Shown piece after piece: positions 38,679-47,564 of a stretch of 64,000 nt of DNA. The translations under genes were made by a program, and so were the position numbers. Numbering within the stretch: position 1 is the first letter of the stretch; every line of letters begins with the position of its first letter. Under the pieces are notes generated by a model. The model ran no database searches, was not told the origin of the DNA, and was given only the letters and a program-made list of their open reading frames with translations. The stretch spans positions 106,070 through 170,069 of the forward strand of contig JBBTSO010000005.1 in the NCBI GenBank assembly GCA_038064695.1, given 5' to 3'. The DNA comes from Patescibacteria group bacterium. GTDB lineage: Bacteria; Patescibacteriota; Minisyncoccia; Phycocordibacterales; Phycocordibacteraceae.

Positions 38679-38711
38679 GAAACCTATTTTATACTAGTTT
38701 TTTAAATATGT

Positions 38712-38770
38712 CAATCTTCCTGCAAATACCTCATTTTAGGCCTTATTTTGCGGGCTGGTTCGATAGGTAG
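38712..38770 (-). repeat. displaced duplicate of the uvrB 3-prime end (last 16 codons + stop), approx. 395 nt downstream of the intact copy
   Basis: RC translates ...PARKIRPKMRYLQED*, the same peptide as the uvrB C-terminus. 54/58 nt identical to 39111-39168, then abrupt divergence. Confidence 0.8.
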
Positions 38771-38938
38771 ATAAATAATTACCTTATATGGTAATTATTT
38801 TTATATATGAAAACAGTAAAAACCCGCCTGAGGCGAGTTTTTGTTTACATTTTTCACTGAGAAAGACACTGATCATTCTCCAGAGATGTGTTTCAGTGAT
38901 GCACTTAGCCAAAAATCCACCATACGGCGGATTTAATA

Positions 38939-39076
38939 CTAACGAATTTTGTTTTCGTTAGGGAAATAATCAAGGTGATTTTCTGCATTCCAATAACCCA
39001 ATACAAAACCAGCAACGACACCGGCTATAGCAGTTAGAGACATTGAGATGATAAGATCGCGTGTATTTTGATTCAT
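38939..39076 (-). CDS. tiny (45 aa) putative membrane peptide inside the segment between the uvrB 3-prime-end copies
   Basis: Own translation: MNQNTRDLIISMSLTAIAGVVAGFVLGYWNAENHLDYFPNENKIR. Below the ORF-track cutoff. Confidence 0.25.
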   Translation of the reverse strand: MNQNTRDLIISMSLTAIAGVVAGFVLGYWNAENHLDYFPNENKIR

Positions 39077-39110
39077 ACAACTTGCATAGTATCATTCAAA
39101 GTGAAATTTG

Positions 39111-41276
39111 TCAATCCTCCTGCAAATATCTCATTTTGGGCCTTATTTTACGGGCTGGTTTAACGGGTTTTGGTAACTTTTCTTCAAGTTTAATAATTTC
39201 GTCCCGCAAAAGTGCGGCGGTTTCAAAGTCCAGCACTTTCACCACTTCTTCCATTTCTGCCTTTTTATCTTTTATGAGCTGTTTTAGGGCCTTGGGGCTG
39301 TCCGCAATAGCCATATCAACCATCAACGCCATAGCGGTCGCTCTATCACGGTCGGCTTTGAGCGAATCAGTAATGTCGTGGATAGTTTTCTTAATAGTTG
39401 CAGGGGTAATGCCATGCTTTTTATTGTATGCCAACTGCACTTCGCGACGGCGGTTTGTTTCTGCAATTGCTTTTGTAAGAGACCCGGTCATTTCGTCTGC
39501 ATACAAAATCACTCGCCCATTTACATTTCGTGCTGCACGCCCAATGGTTTGAATGAGAGATGTTTCGCTTCGTAAAAATCCTTCTTTATCGGCGTCCAAA
39601 ATTCCCACCAACTCCACCTCGGGCAAGTCCAACCCTTCACGGAGCAAGTTCACTCCGACCAAGCAGTCAAATTTTCCACGCCTAAACTCGGTCAAAATAG
39701 TAATACGTTCTATTGTTTTTATATCTGAGTGAATGTATTCCGCTTTCACTCCCTTCTCTTTCAAAAACTCCGCCAAATCTTCCGCCATTTTCTTCGTGAG
39801 TGTGGTCGTGAGTACGCGCCCTCCGCCCGCCACCACTTTTTCAGTCTCTTCAATAAAATCCGCCACTTGCCCCTTATACTGTTCCTCAGTGTTTTCTGCC
39901 TTTTTAGCGAGGGTGTCCCTCGCAGAGACTAAGACTTGGGCAAGCGCCCCGGAGCGGTCTCTAAGAGGGATACCCGAGCGACCTGTGACGGGGCGAAGAA
40001 TAATTTCCGGATCAATGAGCCCTGTGGGGCGAATAATTTGCTCCACCACCTGTGTTGAATGTTCAAACTCATACGCGCTCGGTGTTGCGGACGTGTAAAT
40101 ACGCTGTCCGAGTCGCGCGTCTATTTCGTCAAATTTTAATGGGCGGTTGTCAGCGGCCGATGGTAGACGGAATCCGAAGTCTATCAATGTTTTTTTACGC
40201 GACTGATCCCCCGCATACATTCCTCCCAACTGCGGAATGGTTACGTGTGACTCGTCAATAATAGTGAGAAAGTCTGGCGTGCCATCTTTCTTATGAGGAA
40301 AATATGAAAGCAAAGTGTACGGTGGCTCGCCGGGTTTTCGGCGGTCAAAGTGGCGCGAGTAGTTTTCAATGCCGTTGGTGTAGCCAATTTCGCGAATAAG
40401 CGCCAAGTCATACTTGGTGCGGCGCTTCAAGCGCTCCGCCTCCAACAACTTCCCTTCTGCTTCAAATTTTTTAAGTTGCGATGCTAACTCCGCTTCAATA
40501 TCAACGAGTGCCACCTCTCGTTCTGACTCTGGTGTCACGTAGTGTTTTGCAGGGAAAAGGAAAAAAGTATAAGGTTCGTCAATAATTGACCGCGTTACTC
40601 CGTTGATGCGCGAAATTCTATCAATTTTTGTACCGTCCGGCACAACGCGATAAATAGTGGTTTCATTCACCGGCATCACTTCTATTTGGTTCCCTACCGC
40701 ACGAAAGGTGCCGGGAGTTAAATCAGCGTTCGTGCGCTCAAACTGCAACGCAATCAAAAAGCGCATAAATTCTGCACGTTCAAATGCGTCTCCGACAGAA
40801 ATTTTCCGATGCACCTTTTCATACTCGTCTGGTGAACCAAGTCCGTAAATACACGACACTGACGCCACGATAATGACGTCGGAGCGCGTCAACAGCGCTT
40901 GCGTTGAGGCGTGGCGCAAACGATCAATTTCTGCGTTAATCTGCGCTTCCTTCTCTATATAGGTGTCCGAGTGCGGCACGTACGCTTCCGGTTGGTAGTA
41001 GTCGTAATAAGAGACGAAGTAGTGAACGGCATTTTCAGGGAAAAACTCCCGATACTCTTGGGTTAACTGTGCTGCGAGTGTCTTGTTGTGGGCAATAACG
41101 AGAGTTGGTTTTTGCACCTGTTGAATCACATTTGCTGCCGTAAAGGTCTTTCCAGACCCCGTCACGCCCAGAAGGGTTTGGTGTGTATCACCACGTTTAA
41201 TACCCTTTACCAACGCCTCTATCGCCTTTGGTTGATCCCCTGCGGGTTCATACTCTGAATGGAGTTTAAAATTCAC
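39111..41276 (-). CDS. uvrB: excinuclease ABC subunit B, carrying an approx. 37-aa in-frame repeat-element insertion
   Basis: Walker A GVTGSGKTFT, DESH, helicase motifs, beta-hairpin, C-terminal UvrB/UvrC interaction domain. The insertion VTGRSGIPLRDRSGALAQVLVSARDTLAKKAENTEEQY sits between the conserved ...ILRPV and KGQV...RVLTTTLTKKMAEDL. Confidence 0.95.
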   Translation of the reverse strand: MNFKLHSEYEPAGDQPKAIEALVKGIKRGDTHQTLLGVTGSGKTFTAANVIQQVQKPTLVIAHNKTLAAQLTQEYREFFPENAVHYFVSYYDYYQPEAYVPHSDTYIEKEAQINAEIDRLRHASTQALLTRSDVIIVASVSCIYGLGSPDEYEKVHRKISVGDAFERAEFMRFLIALQFERTNADLTPGTFRAVGNQIEVMPVNETTIYRVVPDGTKIDRISRINGVTRSIIDEPYTFFLFPAKHYVTPESEREVALVDIEAELASQLKKFEAEGKLLEAERLKRRTKYDLALIREIGYTNGIENYSRHFDRRKPGEPPYTLLSYFPHKKDGTPDFLTIIDESHVTIPQLGGMYAGDQSRKKTLIDFGFRLPSAADNRPLKFDEIDARLGQRIYTSATPSAYEFEHSTQVVEQIIRPTGLIDPEIILRPVTGRSGIPLRDRSGALAQVLVSARDTLAKKAENTEEQYKGQVADFIEETEKVVAGGGRVLTTTLTKKMAEDLAEFLKEKGVKAEYIHSDIKTIERITILTEFRRGKFDCLVGVNLLREGLDLPEVELVGILDADKEGFLRSETSLIQTIGRAARNVNGRVILYADEMTGSLTKAIAETNRRREVQLAYNKKHGITPATIKKTIHDITDSLKADRDRATAMALMVDMAIADSPKALKQLIKDKKAEMEEVVKVLDFETAALLRDEIIKLEEKLPKPVKPARKIRPKMRYLQED
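39925..39995. repeat. palindrome-rich repeat element inserted in frame in uvrB
   Basis: agactaagacttgggcaagcgccccggagcggtctctaagagggatacccgagcgacctgtgacgggg. Same family as 11466-11600. Confidence 0.7.
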
Positions 41277-41307
41277 CTACCCACTATAGCAAAAGTGAGG
41301 TTATGAA

Positions 41308-41499
41308 TCATTTTCTTGAGCTAGATTTAGTTAGAAAACTAAGAGCGTATAAAACCGCAATAAAAGAAAAACCGATGCCGAGACCCTGAGACATCTCATG
41401 AGAAATTGATCCATCTCTAGAATCTATATAAAGCCCCCACATAGATAAGAGCACTGATAGCCCGGTCCCAACATGAAGGCCTGTTCTATTTTCAATCAT
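41308..41499 (-). CDS. small 2-TM membrane protein, hypothetical
   Basis: 63 aa. N-terminus MIENRTGLHVG resembles the tiny ORF at 38939-39076 (MNQNTRDLII). Confidence 0.35.
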   Translation of the reverse strand: MIENRTGLHVGTGLSVLLSMWGLYIDSRDGSISHEMSQGLGIGFSFIAVLYALSFLTKSSSRK

Positions 41500-41573
41500 A
41501 AATCTATTCTTACGTATTTATAAATTTTTGTCAAATTGTCCTATATTTTCTCAAAAACTCCTCGAAACACTTT

Positions 41574-42293
41574 TTACACTTTCCCCAAAATCATAATTTT
41601 TTGCCAAATGGAGCGTCGTAAGTTGGTGGTTAAATCTTCTATATCATTAACCGCGTCCACCACCACGGGGTCATGGACATGTTCAGCGTAAAGCGCCGCA
41701 AGTTTTCCAAGGAGCGAAAGGAGTTCGGAACAGTAATCTAAGTATCGATCAAGTTGAAATGATGACAGCCCATGAATTTGAACGTGTTCTGTTCTTAAAC
41801 TTGGATTTTGAGTGGTGACAGGGTCTTTGGTGAGCTGGTGCATATCCACCACGTGAGCATACGAGCGAAGTTCATGAAGATAATTCAAAATCCGACCTCG
41901 TTTGACGCGCTGTTCAATGCCCATTAAAAACCACAGCCCTGCGCCAAAGACAATTAAAAGGTTGATACCCGCGTCTAACCCTTGGGTGAGAGTAACAATG
42001 TCAGAACTTCCTTGCCAATTTTCTATTCCAACTTGAACCAACAGAAGCGAAAGTCCTATCAAAGAAAAAATAACAACGGCTATGAGAGTGCGGAGGAGCA
42101 TCGCCGGTTTTTGCATTCGTTCAGCACGCGCAACCGTTTCCTTCGCGGTAACCAGAATACTTCCCGAGAGCGCATAAAGTCCTGAGTCAGGAAAACGCGC
42201 ATGGATGCGTTTGGAAAGTCGCTCTAGCGTACTGATGACTTTTTCACTCTCCAATGTGCTAAACGGCAAAAGTGTACTCTTTTTTAGATTCAT
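41574..42293 (-). CDS. hypothetical membrane protein
   Basis: Start set at MNLKKS so the ATG abuts the tgt stop. Two central TM helices. Confidence 0.45.
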   Translation of the reverse strand: MNLKKSTLLPFSTLESEKVISTLERLSKRIHARFPDSGLYALSGSILVTAKETVARAERMQKPAMLLRTLIAVVIFSLIGLSLLLVQVGIENWQGSSDIVTLTQGLDAGINLLIVFGAGLWFLMGIEQRVKRGRILNYLHELRSYAHVVDMHQLTKDPVTTQNPSLRTEHVQIHGLSSFQLDRYLDYCSELLSLLGKLAALYAEHVHDPVVVDAVNDIEDLTTNLRRSIWQKIMILGKV

Positions 42294-42294
42294 A

Positions 42295-43533
42295 CTAAAC
42301 CTTTCTACTAGTATATCGCGCCAAAAACTCCTCTCGAAACGCTTCAAACCGATCCTCTAAAATTGATTGACGGATATTTTTCATCAAAGAAATAATGAAA
42401 TAGAGATTGTGTAAGGATGCCAGTGTTGCCCCAAGCATTTCTTTCGCTCTAAAGAGGTGCGCGAGGTACGCTTTGGAAAAGTGTTCTGATACGTACCCCC
42501 CTGTTTCCTCATCCACGAGAGAAAAATCGCGAATATATTCCTCGCGAAGTAAATTCATCTTTCCTCGTGCTGTGTAAATGGTAGCGCTTCGCGCAAGACG
42601 GGTTGGCTGTACACAGTCAAACATATCAATACCGTGGGCAACCCCCTCAAATAAATCTTCTGGCTCTCCAATGCCAAGTAAATGCCTGGGTTTATCAGAT
42701 GGAAGTGGGTTAATAGCCGACCTAAGCGCTTCTCCTAAGTCCGCTTTTGAAAACGACCCTCCAATGCCGTAGCCATCAAAATCCATCGCCCCCAACACCT
42801 CCGCGCTCCACTGTCTCAAATCCGGATACCTCCCTCCCTGCACCACACCAAAAATTCCCTGCTTCTTCCTTGCTTCAAGATTGTTTTGGTGTGTTGCGAG
42901 CGAACGCTCTGCCCATCGGTGAGTGCGTTCACCCGCTTCACGTTGGTACGCATAGTCAGCCGTGGGCGACGTACACTCGTCAAACGCAAAGAAAATATCG
43001 GCGCCAAGCGCGTGTTGAATTTCCACCGAACGCTCTGGCGTAAACCGATGAAGCGAACCATCAAGGTGCGACGTAAACGAAACTCCTTCGTCATCTATAA
43101 TGGCGAGTTTCCCGTGCTGAGAAAGTACACTCTCATCGAAAAAGCTTGGCATCACACTCTCGCCCTCTTGTTTGAATCCCGGGATTCCAACAAATTTGTT
43201 TGAACCATTTTCAAACCCCGCGCCAAGTGAGAATACTTGAAACCCTCCAGAGTCGGTGACGAGCGGTCCCTGGCAATTCATAAAAGAATGAAGTCCACCC
43301 GCCTCCTTCACGACATCCTCACCTGGCTGTAAAAACAAATGGTACGTGTTGGCGAGTGCCACTTCGGCCCCCACCAGTTCTTTTAAATCTTTTGGCGTGA
43401 CAGCCTTCACCGTACCTTTCGTCCCTACCGTGCAAAACGCCGGTGTGGCAAAACTTCCATGCGGAGTAGAAACGACTCCTGCACGCGCTCCACCTTCTAG
43501 GGTTTTCTCAATTGAGAAACGAATTGCACGCAT
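42295..43533 (-). CDS. tgt: queuine tRNA-ribosyltransferase homologue (zinc-site cysteines replaced)
   Basis: VTDSGGFQVFSL and GIDMFDCVQPTR catalytic regions are conserved. The canonical C-x-C-x2-C zinc site is here LVDEETGGYVSEHFSKAYLAHL. There is also an approx. 30-aa insertion after GGFQVFSLG. Confidence 0.85.
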   Translation of the reverse strand: MRAIRFSIEKTLEGGARAGVVSTPHGSFATPAFCTVGTKGTVKAVTPKDLKELVGAEVALANTYHLFLQPGEDVVKEAGGLHSFMNCQGPLVTDSGGFQVFSLGAGFENGSNKFVGIPGFKQEGESVMPSFFDESVLSQHGKLAIIDDEGVSFTSHLDGSLHRFTPERSVEIQHALGADIFFAFDECTSPTADYAYQREAGERTHRWAERSLATHQNNLEARKKQGIFGVVQGGRYPDLRQWSAEVLGAMDFDGYGIGGSFSKADLGEALRSAINPLPSDKPRHLLGIGEPEDLFEGVAHGIDMFDCVQPTRLARSATIYTARGKMNLLREEYIRDFSLVDEETGGYVSEHFSKAYLAHLFRAKEMLGATLASLHNLYFIISLMKNIRQSILEDRFEAFREEFLARYTSRKV

Positions 43534-43550
43534 GTATTTCTTCTAAAAAA

Positions 43551-43606
43551 CAAAAGTCCTTACGGAAGGGCTTGAAGCGTACATCTCCCTGGAGTAAGGA
43601 CTTTTG
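43551..43606. repeat. hairpin repeat element with conserved loop (copy A), doubles as bidirectional terminator
   Basis: CAAAAGTCCTTAC-ggaagggcttgaagcgtacatctccctggag-GTAAGGACTTTTG. 13-bp perfect arms with T-runs on both sides. Compare 46340-46393. Confidence 0.7.
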
Positions 43607-43619
43607 TTTTTATTATTAA

Positions 43620-44144
43620 CTACTCTCCCTGAGTTGCTGCTCCCTGCACTTCTCCTGAAAGAATTTCAAGTAACTCAATGTCGAAAATTAATGTCGCGTT
43701 CGCAGGAATAGTTCCTATAGCACGGTCACCGTATCCCAGAGAGGGAGGAATAGCGAGTAAACGGCGTCCACCCTTCTTCATTCCCAATACCCCACGCTCC
43801 CACCCTTGTATGACTAACCCGCTTCCAAGTTGAAAAGAAAATGGCTCCCCACGATTTAGAGATGAATCAAAAACCTCTCCGTTAGGAAGTACACCGGTGT
43901 AGTGCACAACAACAGTATCTCCTATTTTTGCTCCTTCTCCATCACCGGGCGTAATATCAAGTACTCGCAAGTCCGCCACTGTCCCCGTTGCTGCAAGTTC
44001 ATCAAGAATGGCTTGGGCATCAGTAGTGGGAGTAGCGGATGATGTTGGCAAACCACGTAACCCAAAGAAACCAAGAGCAATAAAGAGGACAATAACCACG
44101 AGAGCAAGAATCATAGCGATAGTAGTATTTTTGTTAAGTTTCAT
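43620..44144 (-). CDS. membrane-anchored FKBP-type peptidyl-prolyl cis-trans isomerase
   Basis: VVVHYTGVLPNGEVFDSS...FSFQLGSGLVIQGWERGVLGMKKGGRRLLAIPPSLGYG FKBP domain. N-terminal TM helix. Confidence 0.85.
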   Translation of the reverse strand: MKLNKNTTIAMILALVVIVLFIALGFFGLRGLPTSSATPTTDAQAILDELAATGTVADLRVLDITPGDGEGAKIGDTVVVHYTGVLPNGEVFDSSLNRGEPFSFQLGSGLVIQGWERGVLGMKKGGRRLLAIPPSLGYGDRAIGTIPANATLIFDIELLEILSGEVQGAATQGE

Positions 44145-44195
44145 AGCATGTTATTTACCAATAAAGGCTACGTGTAGGGTACCATTTCCCTCCTT

Positions 44196-45626
44196 CTATG
44201 ACGAGGTCTTTTTAACCACAGGTCCGGTGGGTCCGTCCAGAATGGTGAACCCTTCTTTCTGTATATCTTCTCTAAGCTTGTCAGAAAGGGCAAAGTTCTT
44301 TTCCTTTCGTGCCGCTTCTCGTTCAGAAATGAGTGCCTGCACTGCCTCAGGCACGGGAGTTGTTTCAACAACGTGGAGAGTCGTTTTAGAGCGACTATGA
44401 GCACTTCCAAACCCAATACCCAGTACTGAGTCAATCATAAGCACCGTGGCGCGTTTGTCAGCGCCTGGAATGGTCTCGTCTTTCAAAAGATCCCAGAGCA
44501 CTGCCACCGCCTGAGGGGTATTGAAGTCGTCATAAATCGCCTCCTCAAAACGGGTACGGTACCTAGAGTCCACTGAACCACGCCCTTGAAGGTCGGCATA
44601 TATTTTCCACGCACGGTGGAGCGCTGTTTGGCACGCCTGCACGGCCTCCCAGGTAAAATTTATTTTTTGTTTGTAGTGCGCGCCAAGTAACCAGTACCGA
44701 TACGCAAGCGGATGGATACCTCTATCTTTGAGCTGCGTGAGTGTAATGGCATTCCCTTCTGATTTTCCGATGCGAAGCGCGTCCACCGTCACAAACTCGT
44801 GATGCAACCAATACTTCACATACGGTTTATCATTTGCCGCTTCCGCCTGCGCGAGTTCGTTGTTGTGGTGAACAGCAATGTGATCAATACCTCCCGTATG
44901 AATGTCAAAGGTTTTTCCTAAATAATGCGTACTCATCGCCGTACACTCTATATGCCACCCTGGAAACCCTTTTCCCCACGGGGCGTCCCACCCAAGCTCA
45001 GCATTGAATTTCCACAACGCGAAGTCACGAGGATTCTTCTTTTCAACTGAAACTCCCGTGCGAGAGTGATCAACTGACGATGAACCACCTAAGCCTCCGT
45101 ACTGAGGAAACCGTGACGTGTCAAAGTACACCCCATCAGAAGTTTTGTACGCAAACCCTTTGTGGAGCAGCATTTCTACATACGCGCGCATACCTCCCAC
45201 ATGCTCTGAAGCACGCGGCATCGCTAGAGGGGGTTTTATATTCATTTCAGAGAGATCTGTTTTAAACGAGGCGATGTATGTATCCGCAAGACGCGCCATA
45301 TTTTCCATCGTCAGTTCTTTCCCTTCCCGCTTCAACGCAAGCGTCATTTTGTCTTCAGTGTCGTCCGCATCTCCTACCAAATGCCCGAAGTCAGTAATGT
45401 TTATAATTTGCCTCACCGTGTACCCTGCGTATTCAAATGTTCGGCGAACTATGTCTGAAAAAACGTAGGAGCGAAGGTTTCCTAGATGTACGTAGTCATA
45501 CACGGTAGGCCCGCATGTATACATTTTTACCTGCCCCTCTTTAAGAGCCATAAAAGGCTCCTTTTGTTTACTTGCCGTATTAAAAACCTGAATAGTGCTT
45601 TTCAACTTTTTCTTAAAGAAAAACAT
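44196..45626 (-). CDS. cysS: cysteinyl-tRNA synthetase
   Basis: N-terminus aligns with E. coli CysS (IQVFNT..KMYTCGPTVYD, HLGN). KMSKS-equivalent RIGKSEGN. Confidence 0.9.
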   Translation of the reverse strand: MFFFKKKLKSTIQVFNTASKQKEPFMALKEGQVKMYTCGPTVYDYVHLGNLRSYVFSDIVRRTFEYAGYTVRQIINITDFGHLVGDADDTEDKMTLALKREGKELTMENMARLADTYIASFKTDLSEMNIKPPLAMPRASEHVGGMRAYVEMLLHKGFAYKTSDGVYFDTSRFPQYGGLGGSSSVDHSRTGVSVEKKNPRDFALWKFNAELGWDAPWGKGFPGWHIECTAMSTHYLGKTFDIHTGGIDHIAVHHNNELAQAEAANDKPYVKYWLHHEFVTVDALRIGKSEGNAITLTQLKDRGIHPLAYRYWLLGAHYKQKINFTWEAVQACQTALHRAWKIYADLQGRGSVDSRYRTRFEEAIYDDFNTPQAVAVLWDLLKDETIPGADKRATVLMIDSVLGIGFGSAHSRSKTTLHVVETTPVPEAVQALISEREAARKEKNFALSDKLREDIQKEGFTILDGPTGPVVKKTSS

Positions 45627-45666
45627 AAAGACAGTATATCGCTATTTTTCACAAAATTGACAAATA

Positions 45667-45957
45667 GTGACGTCTATATACATTGTAAGTATGTTGAATG
45701 GAGAAAAAGGTGCCAGTTTCGCAAACGTAATACCTTTTCCAGAAAGAAAAAGATTTAGAACATATGGGGTTGCTGACTATGTGTGGATGGGAACTGCACT
45801 ATGCGGCGCTCTATATTTATTAAAAGAATCTGGCAGTATGATTGGACCAGATTTTTTTAAGTGTCCTTTATGTCACGGTGAACTGTGGGTTTCAGAAAAC
45901 GAACTATGCCCACTAGTATGGGTTACTCCAATTTGGCACATGGGAAATCCCGCATAA
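45667..45957 (+). CDS. hypothetical protein with CPLCHGE...C motif
   Basis: 96 aa. Followed by a hairpin terminator AAAATCCC-gttgtaagt-GGGATTTT at 46003-46029. Confidence 0.35.
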   Translation: MTSIYIVSMLNGEKGASFANVIPFPERKRFRTYGVADYVWMGTALCGALYLLKESGSMIGPDFFKCPLCHGELWVSENELCPLVWVTPIWHMGNPA

Positions 45958-46078
45958 AATTTTTTAATTTCTTTTTAAAGAAAGACGTCAACAAAGTATA
46001 CCAAAAATCCCGTTGTAAGTGGGATTTTTGATATTTTTTATAAAGAAACTGAAAAGTAGTAAGTAGTAGAAAACTACT

Positions 46079-46318
46079 TTATTTCATAATGTGCCGAGCG
46101 GCAACCATACCTAAAACAGCAGGCACTAACCCAGAAATAATTCGTAAACCAACATCAATAAGTGGGTTATCGGTAAGTTCGTGTTTATTTTCTAAATAAT
46201 CTGCAGAGAGGAATCCTGCACCGAGAAGACTAAGTCCCACAATTTCTGTAGTCTTAATTCTACTTTTAATTTTATCCATACTTTGTTTAAAGTAGTATAT
46301 TAAAAAAATAAATGTCAA
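46079..46318 (-). CDS. small 2-TM membrane protein, hypothetical
   Basis: 79 aa. Preceded on its own strand by hairpin AAAGTAGT/ACTACTTT. Confidence 0.35.
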   Translation of the reverse strand: MTFIFLIYYFKQSMDKIKSRIKTTEIVGLSLLGAGFLSADYLENKHELTDNPLIDVGLRIISGLVPAVLGMVAARHIMK

Positions 46319-46339
46319 GCATTTTTACCTAAGCGAAGG

Positions 46340-46393
46340 AAAAGACTTTTCGAAAGGGCTTGTAGCGTACATCCCGCTTGCGAAAAGCCTTTG
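46340..46393. repeat. hairpin repeat element with conserved loop (copy B), downstream of nrdB
   Basis: AAAAGACTTTTCG-aaagggcttgtagcgtacatcccgcttg-CGAAAAGCCTTTG. The loop shares GAAGGGCTTG-AGCGTACATC with copy A. Confidence 0.7.
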
Positions 46394-46493
46394 ATGGAGT
46401 GTAATATACTACCGAACGAAGTGAGAAATGAGAAAGTAAATTTTCTCATTTGAACAAGTGAAGGGAGCAAGAATTTTGTTTATAACAAAATTC

Positions 46494-47528
46494 TTACCAC
46501 TCCAAATTTCCTCCTGTTTTGTACTCAGTTACACGCGTCTCAAAGAAATTTTTCTTCTTTGAAAGGTCAATTGCTTCCGACATCCACGGAAATGGGTTAG
46601 TAACGCCAAATTGCGCAGGTAACCCCACACGCTCCAGTCGTCGGTCCGCAATGTGTTCAATGTACTGTTTAAATCCATCGGCGTTCAAACCAAAAATTCC
46701 TTTGGGAAATACTTCTTGCGCGTAGGTATACTCTAATACCGTTGCCTTGCGCACCAAGTCAATAATTCGATCTTTAAACTTTTGCGTCCAAAGGTCAGGG
46801 TTTTCTTCTTTGAGTCCGTTAATGATTTCAATACCGAAGTTTAAGTGCATGCTTTCGTCACGCATGATGTACTCAATTTGCTCCGCGCTTCCCGTGAGTT
46901 TGTTTTGGCGTTTGAATCCAAACACCACCGCGAACGATGAGTAGAAGAAAATACCTTCCAAAATAAGCGAAAATACGCACCAGTTTTCCAAAAACTTTTG
47001 ATCTGCTTCAAATGTCCCTGTTTTAAATGCACCGTCAAAAACGCCTTCGTTAAAGCCTAAAATGAATTCTTCTTTGTTGTAAATCGCGTCTACCTCACGG
47101 TACATATTGAAGATTTTTGCTTCATCCATTGCCAAGGACTCCACAATGTACTGATATGCGTGCGTGTGGATTGCCTCTTCATACGCCTGGCGCAAAAGGT
47201 ACATGCGGATTTCAGGCGAGGTCACGTGTTTGTAGAATCCCATCACAATGTTGTTGGCGGCAATAGAATCCGCGGTGGTGAAAAACCCGAGCACCGTTTC
47301 AAACGCACTTCTTTCGTCTGCCGTGAGCGCTGTTTTACTTTTCCACTGCTCAATGTCCAACTGCATTGAAATTTCGGTCGGCAACCAGTGGTTCGCGTTT
47401 GCGTTGTTGTAGTACTCCCACGCAAACTTGTGCTTCATCGGATAGAGCTGAATGACGTCAGCTTCAAGCCCGTTGATGATGCGACGATTGTTTACATTGA
47501 CAGGAGGTGCTTTTTTTATGATTGCCAT
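46494..47528 (-). CDS. nrdB: ribonucleotide reductase class I beta (R2) subunit
   Basis: Diiron ligand pattern (EAIHTHAY, EGIFFYSSF...), radical-Tyr region. 344 aa. Confidence 0.9.
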   Translation of the reverse strand: MAIIKKAPPVNVNNRRIINGLEADVIQLYPMKHKFAWEYYNNANANHWLPTEISMQLDIEQWKSKTALTADERSAFETVLGFFTTADSIAANNIVMGFYKHVTSPEIRMYLLRQAYEEAIHTHAYQYIVESLAMDEAKIFNMYREVDAIYNKEEFILGFNEGVFDGAFKTGTFEADQKFLENWCVFSLILEGIFFYSSFAVVFGFKRQNKLTGSAEQIEYIMRDESMHLNFGIEIINGLKEENPDLWTQKFKDRIIDLVRKATVLEYTYAQEVFPKGIFGLNADGFKQYIEHIADRRLERVGLPAQFGVTNPFPWMSEAIDLSKKKNFFETRVTEYKTGGNLEW

Positions 47529-47564
47529 AGTCGGAAGGTGTTAGTTGATAGTGGTTAGCGAAAA

